Positions 21,621 through 32,377 of a stretch of 64,000 bases of DNA are shown here, one piece after another. The first letter of the stretch is position 1. The number at the start of each line of letters is the position of its first letter. This DNA is from Spirochaetota bacterium. GTDB lineage: Bacteria; Spirochaetota; UBA4802; UBA5550. The stretch spans positions 20,216 to 84,215 of the forward strand of contig JAJRXZ010000004.1 in assembly GCA_024276015.1 (NCBI GenBank), given 5' to 3'. A model generated the notes under the pieces. It searched no databases. It was given only the letters and a program-made list of their open reading frames with translations, and was not told the origin of the DNA. The position numbers and the translations under genes are program-made.

Positions 21621-22349
21621 TTACTCCTGAAATTGTTTTTTTAATATTTTTATTTCATTTTCTTTTAGAAGCCTGAAAGAGCCTCTTTTTATTCCTCTGA
21701 CGCTTAATGAAGCATAGCCTATTCTCTTCAGGTATTTTATTTTGTATCCGAGCTTTATGAATGTATATCTGATTTGTCTTTTCTTTCCTTCCCGAAGCGT
21801 TATTAATATTTTTGTTCCGGGATCATTTATTATCTCAATTCCGGCTTTTCCCGTTCTTGACCCGATTTGAGGGAGGAAAATTCCTTTGGTAATTTTTTTA
21901 AGATCCCCTTCTTCAAGAGGCCTGTTAATTTCAACAAGATATTTTTTATCTATTGAGTATCTGGGGTGGCTTAATCTATTTGCCAGTGTTCCGTCATTTG
22001 TAAGGAGCAGCAGACCTTCAGTATCCATGTCCAGTCTTCCCACAGGAAAGATCCCTTCTTTTCTGAATTTTTCCGGTATTAGATCCATTACAGTGGGTCT
22101 GCCCAGTTCATCGCTGAGAGTTGTTATGTATCCTTTCGGTTTATTCAATATAATGTAGTGAAAATTTACTGCAGGTTTTATTCTTTTATTATTATACTCT
22201 ACCAGATCAATTTCAGGATCAATAAAGAGAGCAAGTTTTTTTGAGGTTTTGTTGTTAATTTTTATCTTTCCGGAAAGAATATACTCTTCAACTTTTCTTC
22301 TTGAACCCAGCCCGCAGGACGCTAAATATTTATTTAGCCTGACTTTCAT
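21621..22349 (-). CDS. Pseudouridine synthase, RsuA/RluB family (S4 domain + catalytic domain)
   Basis: S4-like N-terminus (RLNKYLASCGLGSRR). Catalytic motif GRLDMDTEGLLLLTNDG. Confidence 0.85.
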   Translation of the reverse strand: MKVRLNKYLASCGLGSRRKVEEYILSGKIKINNKTSKKLALFIDPEIDLVEYNNKRIKPAVNFHYIILNKPKGYITTLSDELGRPTVMDLIPEKFRKEGIFPVGRLDMDTEGLLLLTNDGTLANRLSHPRYSIDKKYLVEINRPLEEGDLKKITKGIFLPQIGSRTGKAGIEIINDPGTKILITLREGKKRQIRYTFIKLGYKIKYLKRIGYASLSVRGIKRGSFRLLKENEIKILKKQFQE

Positions 22350-23056
22350 TTTTTGTTTTTATCAATAGTGTTTTGAATTGAGATTTTTTTAAAAACAAGT
22401 TCGCCCGCTTTAAGTTCTTTTTTCAGGACATAAGAGGAACCTCTTTTTATAAATTTAAGCTTTTCGCCGAAAGTTGTGCCGTCCTCAAAGAGAAGCATAT
22501 TGTTATGGAAATCGATGCGGTAGTGCCCTTCATATATTTTGGGGTTTTGCGATTTTATGTATGATTTATACAGACCTTTGCTGTTGAATTCAATACCGTG
22601 TCTGGTAAAATCTCCGAATCTGTTAATACTCCACCATTTTCCGGAAAGCTCTTTCATCATATTTTCTGTTTCGCCTTTAAAAAAATCGGTAACGAATTTT
22701 TTGATTTTCACTGAATTATCCGTTGTTAAGATCTTTATATTGGTACCGAATATCCATCCGGTAATCCCGTTTTTAATTTTAATCTTATACCAATAGTCCC
22801 TGGATTTACCTATCCAGCTTTTTTCAGCGGATCTGTCTATGATCTCAACGGTTTCCCCTTTTTTAAGAAGTGTTATTCTTGCAGAAAAAAAGAAAGGGTC
22901 AATTCTTACAGAAGAATTCCTGATCAATACAATTCCCATTGTCTTTTTTTGCGCGGATATTTTTGCTTCTCCGGCCAGATGATTTTTAAGGCCTCCCTGT
23001 AATAGTATACATATAAACGAAAGTATTAAAAAGAATTTGCGCTTTCCGGTTGTCAT
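22346..23056 (-). CDS. Hypothetical secreted protein (SH3b-like segment)
   Basis: Signal peptide. Overlaps neighbouring genes by 4 nt (operon). Confidence 0.4.
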   Translation of the reverse strand: MTTGKRKFFLILSFICILLQGGLKNHLAGEAKISAQKKTMGIVLIRNSSVRIDPFFFSARITLLKKGETVEIIDRSAEKSWIGKSRDYWYKIKIKNGITGWIFGTNIKILTTDNSVKIKKFVTDFFKGETENMMKELSGKWWSINRFGDFTRHGIEFNSKGLYKSYIKSQNPKIYEGHYRIDFHNNMLLFEDGTTFGEKLKFIKRGSSYVLKKELKAGELVFKKISIQNTIDKNKK

Positions 23057-23466
23057 TTATCCTTTCCCTGATTTCCTGTTTTATTATAAATGGTCAGATT
23101 TTCTTCCGTGTCCCTGTTGTGATGTATAAATGTTTGTCTTTCATTTTCAGAATAGCTTACCTGAACTGTGTTATAATTAAATGAAAAATTAAGATCAAAA
23201 TTGCCGCAGTTTATTCTGCCCGAACTTAACATTCCGAAACATTTATAAGACCATTCGGTAGTATTATAGTTCTCAAGCGGTACGCCTTCAAATTTCAGCT
23301 CATACATGTTAGTATCAATTTTTTTTATTGTTAATGTATAGTATTTCAGCAAGTTCCGGTAATGAACATAAATTCCGGAGACATCAACAGTTTTATTTGA
23401 GCATAAGATATGGTTTAATAAAAGAGGCAGCAATGATATAAATATATTTCTTTTGGTAAATTTCAT
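23053..23466 (-). CDS. Hypothetical secreted protein
   Basis: Signal peptide. No motif. Confidence 0.35.
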   Translation of the reverse strand: MKFTKRNIFISLLPLLLNHILCSNKTVDVSGIYVHYRNLLKYYTLTIKKIDTNMYELKFEGVPLENYNTTEWSYKCFGMLSSGRINCGNFDLNFSFNYNTVQVSYSENERQTFIHHNRDTEENLTIYNKTGNQGKDK

Positions 23467-23710
23467 TCTGAATTTCCTTTTATATTGGTTATGGAAATAT
23501 TAAATTATATTTAGTCAACATAATTACAATTTTTCAACCTTTTTATTTATCCGAATTTTTTATTGGATTTTTTATTATTGTATGTATACAATGAGCGGAT
23601 AGATATATAAAATGTTTTAAAATTTTGTGTTTTTGAAAATCTTTATTGAAGTAAGCAGACATCTGTTTTAATTTGATATTAAAATGTTTTTCTGCCGGAG
23701 GATAAAAGCA

Positions 23711-24775
23711 ATGAAAGAAAAAGTCTTCTTTATAAAAACCGATGAAAAGGAAAGTGATGATCTAAGGTGTAAGAAATTAAAGGAATTTCTGGTTTCTCAG
23801 AAGATATTAAACTTTATAGATGAAAACGATATGGTTGCAGTTAAAAGTCATTTCGGGGAGAAGAGCATATCCGGATATGTGCGCCCTCTGTTTTTAAAAA
23901 TGATCGGGGAACTTGTAAAAGAGCAAAAAGGGATGCCTTTTCTTACTGAAACATCAACACTGTATAAAGGGAACAGAAGTAACGCAGTGGTCCACATAGA
24001 ACATGCAAACAAACAGGGATTCGGTTTTAATGAAACGGGTATGCCCATTATACTTGCGGACGGGCTTTACGGCGATGAAGAATATGAAATTAAAATCCCG
24101 GGCAAATTATACAGTGCTGTTAATATTGCTTCTCTTATCGGCAAGGTGCAGGCAATGATAATGATATCTCATTTTACCGGGCATATGATTGCCGGATTCG
24201 GAGCCGCTTTAAAAAATATGGGAATGGGCTGCTCGAGCAGAAAAGGAAAACTGATTCAGCATTCAACAGCCAAGCCGAAAATCAAGCCCGGTGATTGCAC
24301 CAAATGTGAAATGTGTATTAAGTGGTGCCCTGCCGATGCAATAACCATGAATGAAGACAGTGCTTTTATCGATAAGGATAAATGTATAGGCTGCGGCGAA
24401 TGCCTTGCGGTTTGCAGATTTTATGCGGTAGCTTTTAACTGGAAAGCTACTTATGAAGATTTACAGAAAAAAATTGTTGAACATGCCTGGGGCGTTCATA
24501 AGGCAAATGAAGGTAAAAATATATATATAAACTTTTTAACCAGAATTTCGAAGGATTGCGATTGTATGGATAAGTATGAAAAGATATGTCCCGATATCGG
24601 CATAGTTGTTTCAAATGACGCGGTTGCTGCCGATTCTGCTTCGCTTGATTTAGTAGAAAAAACTTCGGGGAAAAAATTCTCTGAAATGGGGCACAATATT
24701 CCTTACAGATTTCAGATCGATTATGCCGCGGAACTGGGATTCGGGAATCCTGAATATGATCTCATCCCGGTATAG
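23711..24775 (+). CDS. DUF362 domain protein with 2x[4Fe-4S] ferredoxin domain
   Basis: GGAGGA RBS before the ATG at 23711 (MKEKVFFIKTDE…). Two CxxCxxCxxxCP motifs. Confidence 0.7.
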   Translation: MKEKVFFIKTDEKESDDLRCKKLKEFLVSQKILNFIDENDMVAVKSHFGEKSISGYVRPLFLKMIGELVKEQKGMPFLTETSTLYKGNRSNAVVHIEHANKQGFGFNETGMPIILADGLYGDEEYEIKIPGKLYSAVNIASLIGKVQAMIMISHFTGHMIAGFGAALKNMGMGCSSRKGKLIQHSTAKPKIKPGDCTKCEMCIKWCPADAITMNEDSAFIDKDKCIGCGECLAVCRFYAVAFNWKATYEDLQKKIVEHAWGVHKANEGKNIYINFLTRISKDCDCMDKYEKICPDIGIVVSNDAVAADSASLDLVEKTSGKKFSEMGHNIPYRFQIDYAAELGFGNPEYDLIPV

Positions 24776-24793
24776 CATTCAGACAGGGAATAG

Positions 24794-25807
24794 TTAATCC
24801 CAGATCTCTATTGCTCCGTAATTTTCTGTTACAGGTTTGATCAGGCTGTCCTCAATTAGAGATTCATAGGAGAAGATACGGTTGCGTCCCTTCGTCTTTG
24901 CATAGTATAATGCTCTGTCTGCTTTATCCACAAGAATAAGAGGATTGTCCGCCGGATTAATTGAAACATAACCTGCGCTGATAGTTACTCTTTTGACGCG
25001 TGGGAATTTGTATGATTCAACTTTACTTCTGAACCTTTCCATAATTTGACGAGTCTGTTCGATGTCATTATTTAAAATGAGCAAAAATTCTTCTCCGCCG
25101 TATCTGAAGATCAGGTCGTTCTGCCTGAATGATGATTTTAATAGTCTGGAAAATAGGACAAGGATTTCATCTCCCATGAGGTGTCCGTAATTATCATTGA
25201 TCGTCTTAAAGTGATCGATATCGATCAGGATGAGAGTTCTCTGTTCGGAAGAGAAGTTCAGATCCGATGGTGATGAGAATATTATATTGATTGTCCTGTT
25301 ATATGCATCCCTGTTAAAAAGCCCTGTAAGAAAATCTTTATTCTTGCTATTGATCAAAAAGAGCTGGTTATTAAAAATTTTAACAATTTTTCTCAGAAAT
25401 TCTTCATCTTCTCTGTTAGTTGAACCGGCTTCAAAGGATACTATATAAGTTATTTGCCCTCCTTCGAAGATAGGGTGGATGATCGTCTTTCGGTTGTTAT
25501 CAGAGCAGATTCTTTTTACAATTTTTTTTGTTTTTATACATTTAATAAATTCATTTCTGTTATTTAATATGATCGGTTTTTTTTCTCTGTTCAGAGAATT
25601 TATCCCGTAATAAATATTCTCAGTATTTTTGTTATTATCTCTTGATTTGTATATTTCGTAAATTGTTAACCTGGAATTACTGAATTCGGATTGTATAATT
25701 GATTGAAATTCTGAAATCAGGTCTGATGCATTATCGATTTCCGTAACTTTGATAAGTAAATCCAGTATGTCATTATTTTTAGAGTTCATATTAATTTGCA
25801 GCAGCAT
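24794..25807 (-). CDS. Diguanylate cyclase (GGDEF domain) with N-terminal sensor region
   Basis: RYGGEEF active-site motif and the surrounding GGDEF domain. Confidence 0.85.
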   Translation of the reverse strand: MLLQINMNSKNNDILDLLIKVTEIDNASDLISEFQSIIQSEFSNSRLTIYEIYKSRDNNKNTENIYYGINSLNREKKPIILNNRNEFIKCIKTKKIVKRICSDNNRKTIIHPIFEGGQITYIVSFEAGSTNREDEEFLRKIVKIFNNQLFLINSKNKDFLTGLFNRDAYNRTINIIFSSPSDLNFSSEQRTLILIDIDHFKTINDNYGHLMGDEILVLFSRLLKSSFRQNDLIFRYGGEEFLLILNNDIEQTRQIMERFRSKVESYKFPRVKRVTISAGYVSINPADNPLILVDKADRALYYAKTKGRNRIFSYESLIEDSLIKPVTENYGAIEIWD

Positions 25808-25837
25808 GAGCGTAATTTGCTTTAACTGCTTGATCGA

Positions 25838-26362
25838 TTATGTCTGCAATAAATCCATATTATTTAATTTTTTTCTGACTTCATTTTTTATATACTCGAG
25901 ATCTTTTTTATCAGGGCGGTTGAGCGCTTTATAAAAATTCTCTATATATGCTTTTGTCCCGGCATTTGAAGGATCTTCTTCAAGCATTTTATTATATTTA
26001 TTCAGAGCCTCTTCGTATATTTTACCCTGACAAAGGAGATGGAAAATGAGCCGATTCTTCTTTTCTATGGGCTGTTCCACTCTTTTTTTAACGATCAGCG
26101 CGTGATCAGATGTCGGGTTTGCGCCGAGAGTCCCGAAAAGCCCTATTGTTTTTGCGGAAATTTTGTTTATATAGCCTCTTGTCTTTATGTCGGCGTTTCC
26201 TTTGTCGACCCAGTAGCCCATTAATATGAGATCATAATTATCAGGGTCAGGAGCTTTTTCAATGGAATAGATCTCTGTGCCTCGGGGCAATACTTCTTTT
26301 ATAGCCATTGCGACTTTCTTTGTATTGCCGGTGTTGCTTGAATATATTATTACGGTTCTCAT
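25838..26362 (-). CDS. Flavodoxin-like protein
   Basis: MRTVIIYSSNTGNTKKVA… is the flavodoxin FMN-binding loop. Confidence 0.7.
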   Translation of the reverse strand: MRTVIIYSSNTGNTKKVAMAIKEVLPRGTEIYSIEKAPDPDNYDLILMGYWVDKGNADIKTRGYINKISAKTIGLFGTLGANPTSDHALIVKKRVEQPIEKKNRLIFHLLCQGKIYEEALNKYNKMLEEDPSNAGTKAYIENFYKALNRPDKKDLEYIKNEVRKKLNNMDLLQT

Positions 26363-26447
26363 GATCAGCCATATTAAAAATTAGGGTCTCATAAATCAAT
26401 TATTATATTTAGTAATGATTCCACTTCTGGAGTGATTATTAAGCCGG

Positions 26448-27533
26448 TTAAGGCGTCCTTGTAAAGATTTTCTTTATACAATGGATCAACATGCGGTTGC
26501 TCTTCCTGTCCTTTACTGCGAGCCGGATAAATGAATCGTCAAGATATGCGAAATTTGACGCATCCCTGATCAGAATATTTTGTTTCAGCAATTTCTCTTT
26601 CAGTTCGTACGATTTTGTTCCGCATAATATTTTCACAAGAATAAAATTTGTTTCCGAATCGTATGTTTTGAGCTGTTCTATTTTTTTCAGGCTGCCGATC
26701 AAGAATTGTTTCTCTTTTTTTATCAGTGCAAGCGAATTTTCAGCATATACGCTGTTGTTAAGGAGGATTTTTGAGGATAAGTCGGCAAGAATGTTTACTG
26801 TCCATGGCTCTTTTATCGATTTTATCTTCCTGATAAATTCTCTGTTAAAGTTTATGCAGTAACCCAGCCTCAGTCCCGGTATTGCAAAAAATTTTGTAAA
26901 GGATCTGATTATAAAAAGGTTATGATAGGCAGGTGCAAGTTTCATTGAAGACCTTTCTCTCCAGCCTTCAATGAATTCGATAAATGATTCATCAATAATA
27001 AAAAGGGTATTTTTATTTTGGGCACAGAATAAGAGTTCCTGAACTATATTTATATTTGTAAAGGTTCCTGTTGGATTATTGGGGCTGCAGATGTAAATTA
27101 AATCGTAGTTTTTAGATATTTCTTTTAGAATTTTTTTAAGGTTTATTTTGAAATCTTCTTCGTTTAATTTGAAATAATTTATTTCTGTGCCGGTATGTTT
27201 TAGTGAGAGAGCGTATTCTGAAAAGCACGGCGCAATGATCAGCGCCCTTTGCGGCTTAAATACCCTTGGAAGAAGGTATATAAGTTCTGCAGCTCCGTTT
27301 CCGGGAACAATAGTTTCGGGATCAATATTATTATAGCGGGCAATATTTTGAGTCAAATCCGCATAATCGGGATCAGGGTAGTTTTTGATTTTATCGATGT
27401 TTTTTATTAGCGTCTGTTTTAGTTCCGGAGGCAGACCCAGAGGATTAATATTTGAGCTGAAGTCGAGTATATCTTCTTTTTTTATGTTATAATCTCTTTC
27501 GATTCTATAAATGTTGCCGCCGTGGGTATCCAT
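26448..27533 (-). CDS. cobD: Threonine-phosphate decarboxylase CobD (class I/II aminotransferase fold)
   Basis: Aminotransferase class I/II-like. Last gene of the cobalamin nucleotide-loop operon. Confidence 0.75.
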   Translation of the reverse strand: MDTHGGNIYRIERDYNIKKEDILDFSSNINPLGLPPELKQTLIKNIDKIKNYPDPDYADLTQNIARYNNIDPETIVPGNGAAELIYLLPRVFKPQRALIIAPCFSEYALSLKHTGTEINYFKLNEEDFKINLKKILKEISKNYDLIYICSPNNPTGTFTNINIVQELLFCAQNKNTLFIIDESFIEFIEGWRERSSMKLAPAYHNLFIIRSFTKFFAIPGLRLGYCINFNREFIRKIKSIKEPWTVNILADLSSKILLNNSVYAENSLALIKKEKQFLIGSLKKIEQLKTYDSETNFILVKILCGTKSYELKEKLLKQNILIRDASNFAYLDDSFIRLAVKDRKSNRMLIHCIKKIFTRTP

Positions 27534-27542
27534 CTTTTTTAT

Positions 27543-28472
27543 TTATAGTACACTGTTTATTGTAAAGGAAATAGTTAAGCCCGTTATTAACGCTGTTATT
27601 GCCGTTGCATACGTCAGCTTTATGCTTCTTAAGATGTCATTTTTAATCAAAGTTGTTTCGGAGCGGCCTATTACCGGTTTTTTTACGGTGTTTCCGAAAT
27701 ATACGGCATCACCGCCAAGCCTGCAATTGAGCGCTCCTGCAAAGGCGGCTTCGGGATGCGCCGAATTGGGACTTGAGTGATTCAGCCTGTCTCTGCGAGC
27801 GGTCTTTAGGCTGTTTTTATGATCCATACCGCAGAAAAAGGCGGCCGCAGGGATGAGAAAAAAGGCGCTTATTCTTGCCGGTAAAAAATTCATTATATCG
27901 TCCAGTTTTGCTCCTGCCATACCGAAATTAATATATTTATCGTTTTTATATCCGATCATTGAATCTATTGTGCTGACAGCTTTATATGTCATTGCAAGGG
28001 GCGCGCCTCCGATAAATAAATAGAAGATGGGGGAGACAACGGCGTCCACAACATTTTCGGCAACCGTTTCAATTGTTGCTTTCAGAATTTCTTCCTCGTC
28101 CAGTTTGTCCGTATCCCTGCTGACAAGGGTACTTAAGTGTTTTTTGGCTTCGTCGATTTTATTGTTTTCTAATAAAGTGTAAACTCTTCTTGCTTCAACT
28201 GAAAGCGACTTTACGGCAAGGATTGTATATATTAACAGGATTTCCAGAATTAGAGACAGGGATGAGATCAAATGAGCAGTTATATATGAAGAGGAAGTTA
28301 CAATAAGAACCAGTATAATTCCCGCAGTCTTTTGAGAACCCATTTTTATCAGTTTTTTTTCAAGGAATAAGATCAGCTTTCCCATAAGTTTAACCGGGTG
28401 GGGAAAACCGTAAGGGTCTCCCAATATGATATCAAGAACGAATCCCGCTGTTATTTTAAGAGCTGGCAGCAC
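27543..28472 (-). CDS. cbiB: Adenosylcobinamide-phosphate synthase CbiB/CobD
   Basis: Membrane protein with the characteristic N-terminus (…DIILGDPYGFPHPVKLMGKLI…). Confidence 0.88.
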   Translation of the reverse strand: MLPALKITAGFVLDIILGDPYGFPHPVKLMGKLILFLEKKLIKMGSQKTAGIILVLIVTSSSYITAHLISSLSLILEILLIYTILAVKSLSVEARRVYTLLENNKIDEAKKHLSTLVSRDTDKLDEEEILKATIETVAENVVDAVVSPIFYLFIGGAPLAMTYKAVSTIDSMIGYKNDKYINFGMAGAKLDDIMNFLPARISAFFLIPAAAFFCGMDHKNSLKTARRDRLNHSSPNSAHPEAAFAGALNCRLGGDAVYFGNTVKKPVIGRSETTLIKNDILRSIKLTYATAITALITGLTISFTINSVL

Positions 28473-29958
28473 CGGCTTGATCCATTATTTTATATATTTT
28501 GTCAATATCAATTGACTTTCTCAAAGTGTGTGCCAACCTGTTGAATTCCTTCTCCTTCTCTTCGTTAACAGATGTGAACTTCTTTACAGGTTCAAGGCCT
28601 TTTTGGGCCCTTATGTTGTTCAGGAGCCCCCTTGTAAATTTCTGGTTGTCAAAAATGCCGTGTATATATGTGCCCATAATATTCTCGTGTGCAATTCCGC
28701 TGATTCTGTTGTTTATTCTGATAAAGCACCTGTTTTCAATGCTGCCCCTGCTGATCCCCATGTGGATTTCGTATCCCTTGATCTCAGCTCCAATGAGGCC
28801 CTTTAAAATCCCGGAATTCATTTCAACAGAACCTTTTACCTGTTCCGTTAATTTTTTCTTTTCAAGTATGGTGTCCATTTCTATAAAGCCCAGCCCGCTG
28901 ATCTGTCCAACTGAGCTTTCAACGCGGTGAGGATCCCTTATTGACCTGCCCATCATCTGATATCCTCCGCATATACCGATTATCAGTTTGTTCAGATTAT
29001 GGTGTCCAATGATTTTATCTGCAATTCCGTTTTCCTTAATTACCCTAAGGTCTTCAATTGTATTCTTTGTCCCCGGGATTATTATTATGTCGGGATTTTC
29101 AATATCTTCGGCTTTTTCAATAAATTTAAACTTAACATCTTCAAAAAGCCTGAAAACGTCAAAATCGGTAAAATTTGAAATGTGAGGCAGCCTGATGATA
29201 TCAATTTCAATATCGCCCTTTCCCTCCCTTGGATTGAATCTCTCGGTTACGCTGTCTTCGTCTTCAAGATTGATATCGATATATGGAACAACACCGAGTA
29301 CCGGGATCTTGATTATATCTTCGAGCATAGTTAAACCGGGCTTTAATAGCTCAATATCGCCTCTGAACTTGTTTATGATGACTCCCTTAACTCTCTCTCT
29401 TTCGCGGTCATTTAAAAGAAGCATAGTTCCTGCAATTGATGCAAAAACTCCGCCTCTGTCAATATCGGATACCAGAATAACCGGCGAATCTGCAATCTCA
29501 GCCATACCCATATTGACAATATCATTATCTCTCAAATTTATTTCAGCGGGGCTTCCGGCTCCCTCAATAACAATTATATCAAATTTTTCTGCAAGACTTT
29601 TATAGGCCTCAGTTACGATTGTTTTTGCTTTGCTCTTATATTCATGGTACCCGGCAGCGGTCATGTTTTTATAGACAATCCCATTAAGTACAACCTGAGC
29701 ATTTCTATGGCCTGTGGGTTTTAACAGAATGGGGTTCATCAGGGAGGAGGGCCGGAGCCTGCAGGCCTGAGCCTGTACAACCTGAGCCCGTCCCATCTCA
29801 TGTCCCTCGGATGTAACAAAAGAGTTCAGCGACATATTCTGAGATTTGAATGGAGCCACCGCATATCCGTCGCTGCAGAATATTCTGCAGAGTCCTGCAG
29901 TTATAATGCTTTTGCCAACTGAAGAGGCGGTTCCCTGGATCATAATATTCCTGGTCAC
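28456..29958 (-). CDS. cobQ: Cobyric acid synthase CobQ/CbiP
   Basis: N-terminus (MIQGTASSVGKS), then CobQ/CobB/MinD and GATase domains. Confidence 0.9.
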   Translation of the reverse strand: MTRNIMIQGTASSVGKSIITAGLCRIFCSDGYAVAPFKSQNMSLNSFVTSEGHEMGRAQVVQAQACRLRPSSLMNPILLKPTGHRNAQVVLNGIVYKNMTAAGYHEYKSKAKTIVTEAYKSLAEKFDIIVIEGAGSPAEINLRDNDIVNMGMAEIADSPVILVSDIDRGGVFASIAGTMLLLNDRERERVKGVIINKFRGDIELLKPGLTMLEDIIKIPVLGVVPYIDINLEDEDSVTERFNPREGKGDIEIDIIRLPHISNFTDFDVFRLFEDVKFKFIEKAEDIENPDIIIIPGTKNTIEDLRVIKENGIADKIIGHHNLNKLIIGICGGYQMMGRSIRDPHRVESSVGQISGLGFIEMDTILEKKKLTEQVKGSVEMNSGILKGLIGAEIKGYEIHMGISRGSIENRCFIRINNRISGIAHENIMGTYIHGIFDNQKFTRGLLNNIRAQKGLEPVKKFTSVNEEKEKEFNRLAHTLRKSIDIDKIYKIMDQAGAASS

Positions 29959-29962
29959 AGAG

Positions 29963-31003
29963 CTACATTCCTATATCGGCAAATGTTCCCATACGGTTCA
30001 TCATTTCAGTTGCAGCTTCAACAATGTTAAAGGCAAGCGCACAGCCAGTGCCTTCTCCCAGCCGCATATTCATTTTCAGCATTGGTTCAATGCCCAGTAT
30101 TTTCATAATTATTTTAGCGCCCGGTTCTTCACTGACATGAGATCCCATCATAAAGAATTTTGCTTTGGGGTTGATCTTTACTGCCGCAACTGCGGCAGCT
30201 CCGGAAATAAACCCGTCAATTACTATGGGTACTCTTCGCGCCGCTGCTGCAAGGAAACATCCCGTAAGGCCCGCAATGTCAAATCCTCCCACTTTGGACA
30301 GAACGTCAATTGCATTGTCAGGGTCCGGCTTATTTATCTTGACTGCGGTTTTTACAATCTCTTTTTTGCGTTCAAGCCCCTCGTCGTCAAGGCCTGCGCC
30401 CCTTCCGGTCAGTTTGTCCGGATTTTCGCCTGTAAAAGCGTGAAGCACAGCACTGCTGGTTGTTGTGTTTCCGATCCCAACTTCGCCGGTTCCAAGAAGG
30501 TTAACTCCGCTATCTATTGCTTTTTCAGTAATTTCAATTCCTGTTTCTATTGCCTGCACAGCCTCGTCCGCTGTCATGGCAGGTCCTTTTGCTATGTTTG
30601 ACGTTCCATATCTGATTTTTTTATTAATTATTCCCGCTATGGCAATGTCCTTATCAAGGCCCATATCAACAACTACCAGTTCTGAACCGGCATGTCTGGC
30701 AAGAACGGCAACTCCCGATATTCCCGTTGCCATTGTTTGGGCTACCAGATAACTTACGTCTTTAGGGAAAGAACTGATATTCTCCTCAACAACTCCGTTA
30801 TCGGCGCACATCGCGATAATTGCTTTTTTATGGACTCTGTTGAATATTTCACCTGTAATTCCTGAAAGCTGTTTTGCAATTGATTCCAGTTTCCCAAGAC
30901 TGCCGGGAGGTTTCAGCAGATTGTTCAGCCTCTCCTGCGCTTTATCCATAACATCCTCATGTAATGAGCCTATTGATTCGATTGTTTTGTTTAGCTTGTC
31001 CAT
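29963..31003 (-). CDS. cobT: Nicotinate-nucleotide--dimethylbenzimidazole phosphoribosyltransferase CobT
   Basis: CobT-like motifs (…GVANGGVAAN…-type glycine-rich segments, GIGNTT). Confidence 0.9.
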   Translation of the reverse strand: MDKLNKTIESIGSLHEDVMDKAQERLNNLLKPPGSLGKLESIAKQLSGITGEIFNRVHKKAIIAMCADNGVVEENISSFPKDVSYLVAQTMATGISGVAVLARHAGSELVVVDMGLDKDIAIAGIINKKIRYGTSNIAKGPAMTADEAVQAIETGIEITEKAIDSGVNLLGTGEVGIGNTTTSSAVLHAFTGENPDKLTGRGAGLDDEGLERKKEIVKTAVKINKPDPDNAIDVLSKVGGFDIAGLTGCFLAAAARRVPIVIDGFISGAAAVAAVKINPKAKFFMMGSHVSEEPGAKIIMKILGIEPMLKMNMRLGEGTGCALAFNIVEAATEMMNRMGTFADIGM

Positions 31004-31017
31004 AATCTCTCCAGTAA

Positions 31018-31602
31018 TTATTTTTCATTTAATGTTTTTAAATATGTATAATCTCTGCTGAAGCAGAGGCGGGCTATTGTTCCGTTATCGATCTGAAAGC
31101 GCCATGATTTCTCAATAGATTCGAGTAAATAGTATCCGAGAATCGTTCTGATGCAGCCTCCGTGAGAGACAACTGCTATTCTGTTATAGCGGCTTTCAAG
31201 AATGGTATCGATCTCGGCAATAACTTTTCTGCTCATATCGTAAAAGCTCTCGCCTTCGGTAATTTTAAAATTTATCCAGTCCTTTCTCCAATCTTTAAAT
31301 TCCGGGCCGTAGCTTTCTCTGATCTCCTCCCAGGTCAGGCCTTCCCAGCGTCCGAAATTCATCTCCCTTAAATTTTTTGTATGATAAATCTCCTGACCGA
31401 AGTTGATGATTTCAGCAGTTTCTCTGCATCTGAGAAGATCGCTGGAAATTACATAGTCTATTTCTTCGCCTTCCAGTTTGTTCTTTAAATTAAGAGCCTG
31501 ATTTCTCCCTTCATTGTTAAGGCCGATGTCCCTTATGCCGAGGAATCTCCCGTGTCTGTTGTAGTCGGTTTCGCCGTGCCTGATCAATAGCAGTTCCTTC
31601 AT
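31018..31602 (-). CDS. cobC: Alpha-ribazole phosphatase CobC (histidine phosphatase family)
   Basis: LIRHGETDYN phosphoglycerate-mutase-family motif. Position in the cob operon. Confidence 0.8.
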   Translation of the reverse strand: MKELLLIRHGETDYNRHGRFLGIRDIGLNNEGRNQALNLKNKLEGEEIDYVISSDLLRCRETAEIINFGQEIYHTKNLREMNFGRWEGLTWEEIRESYGPEFKDWRKDWINFKITEGESFYDMSRKVIAEIDTILESRYNRIAVVSHGGCIRTILGYYLLESIEKSWRFQIDNGTIARLCFSRDYTYLKTLNEK

Positions 31603-31603
31603 G

Positions 31604-32359
31604 TTATGATCCCCTCATCGGTTTTATTAAATGTGCTGAAAGGAGAAAGACAATTTCTGACATTTCAATAACAGCGCCGAGAATATCTCCTGTTGTTCCG
31701 CCTATTTTTTTCTTTACGTAAGTTGTGAATAAGAGAGTGAAAATGATTGCAGGGATAATTAAAAGAGGCCCCCTAATTCCCAGCATGGCAGTACCTGCTG
31801 CCGCTGTAAGGGCAGTGGATATTATTATTTCTCTGATCCCGGTATTGTTTATATAGGCAGTGCCAAGGCCTTTTTTCTTACCTGCATAGCTGGAAATGCC
31901 GGAACTCCAGGAGATACTCATTCGTGATACCGCAGGCATTAAAATTATTATATATAAATTTGAACTAATATTGAGGGACATTATAAGCATTGTTTTTGCT
32001 AAAATCGTTAAAATGAGCGCCAGCGTTCCGTTTGTGCCTATTCTTGAGTCTTTCATAATTTTTAAAATTTCGTCTGCCGGCCTGTTGCTGGGGATTCCGT
32101 CAAATGTATCTGCAAGGCCGTCCATGTGGAGACCCCCGCTGATCAAAATTTCGGCAATTACCACTGAGAGAGCGGAAAGAGCGCCTGCGCCCGTTTTATT
32201 GAACAGAAGAAAAATTACGCATAACATAACTCCGATGATAAAACCGATTACCGGCGCAAAAATAATCCCCTTTGCAAAATGGGTGTCGTCAAATTCTATT
32301 TTGACCGGTACCGGGATCCTTGTGAAGAACTGCAGCTGTAACAGAAAGCTTCTTATCAT
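31604..32359 (-). CDS. cobS: Adenosylcobinamide-GDP ribazoletransferase (cobalamin synthase) CobS
   Basis: Polytopic membrane protein with the CobS fold. Confidence 0.88.
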   Translation of the reverse strand: MIRSFLLQLQFFTRIPVPVKIEFDDTHFAKGIIFAPVIGFIIGVMLCVIFLLFNKTGAGALSALSVVIAEILISGGLHMDGLADTFDGIPSNRPADEILKIMKDSRIGTNGTLALILTILAKTMLIMSLNISSNLYIIILMPAVSRMSISWSSGISSYAGKKKGLGTAYINNTGIREIIISTALTAAAGTAMLGIRGPLLIIPAIIFTLLFTTYVKKKIGGTTGDILGAVIEMSEIVFLLSAHLIKPMRGS

Positions 32360-32377
32360 GTAATTCGCTCCTTTGGT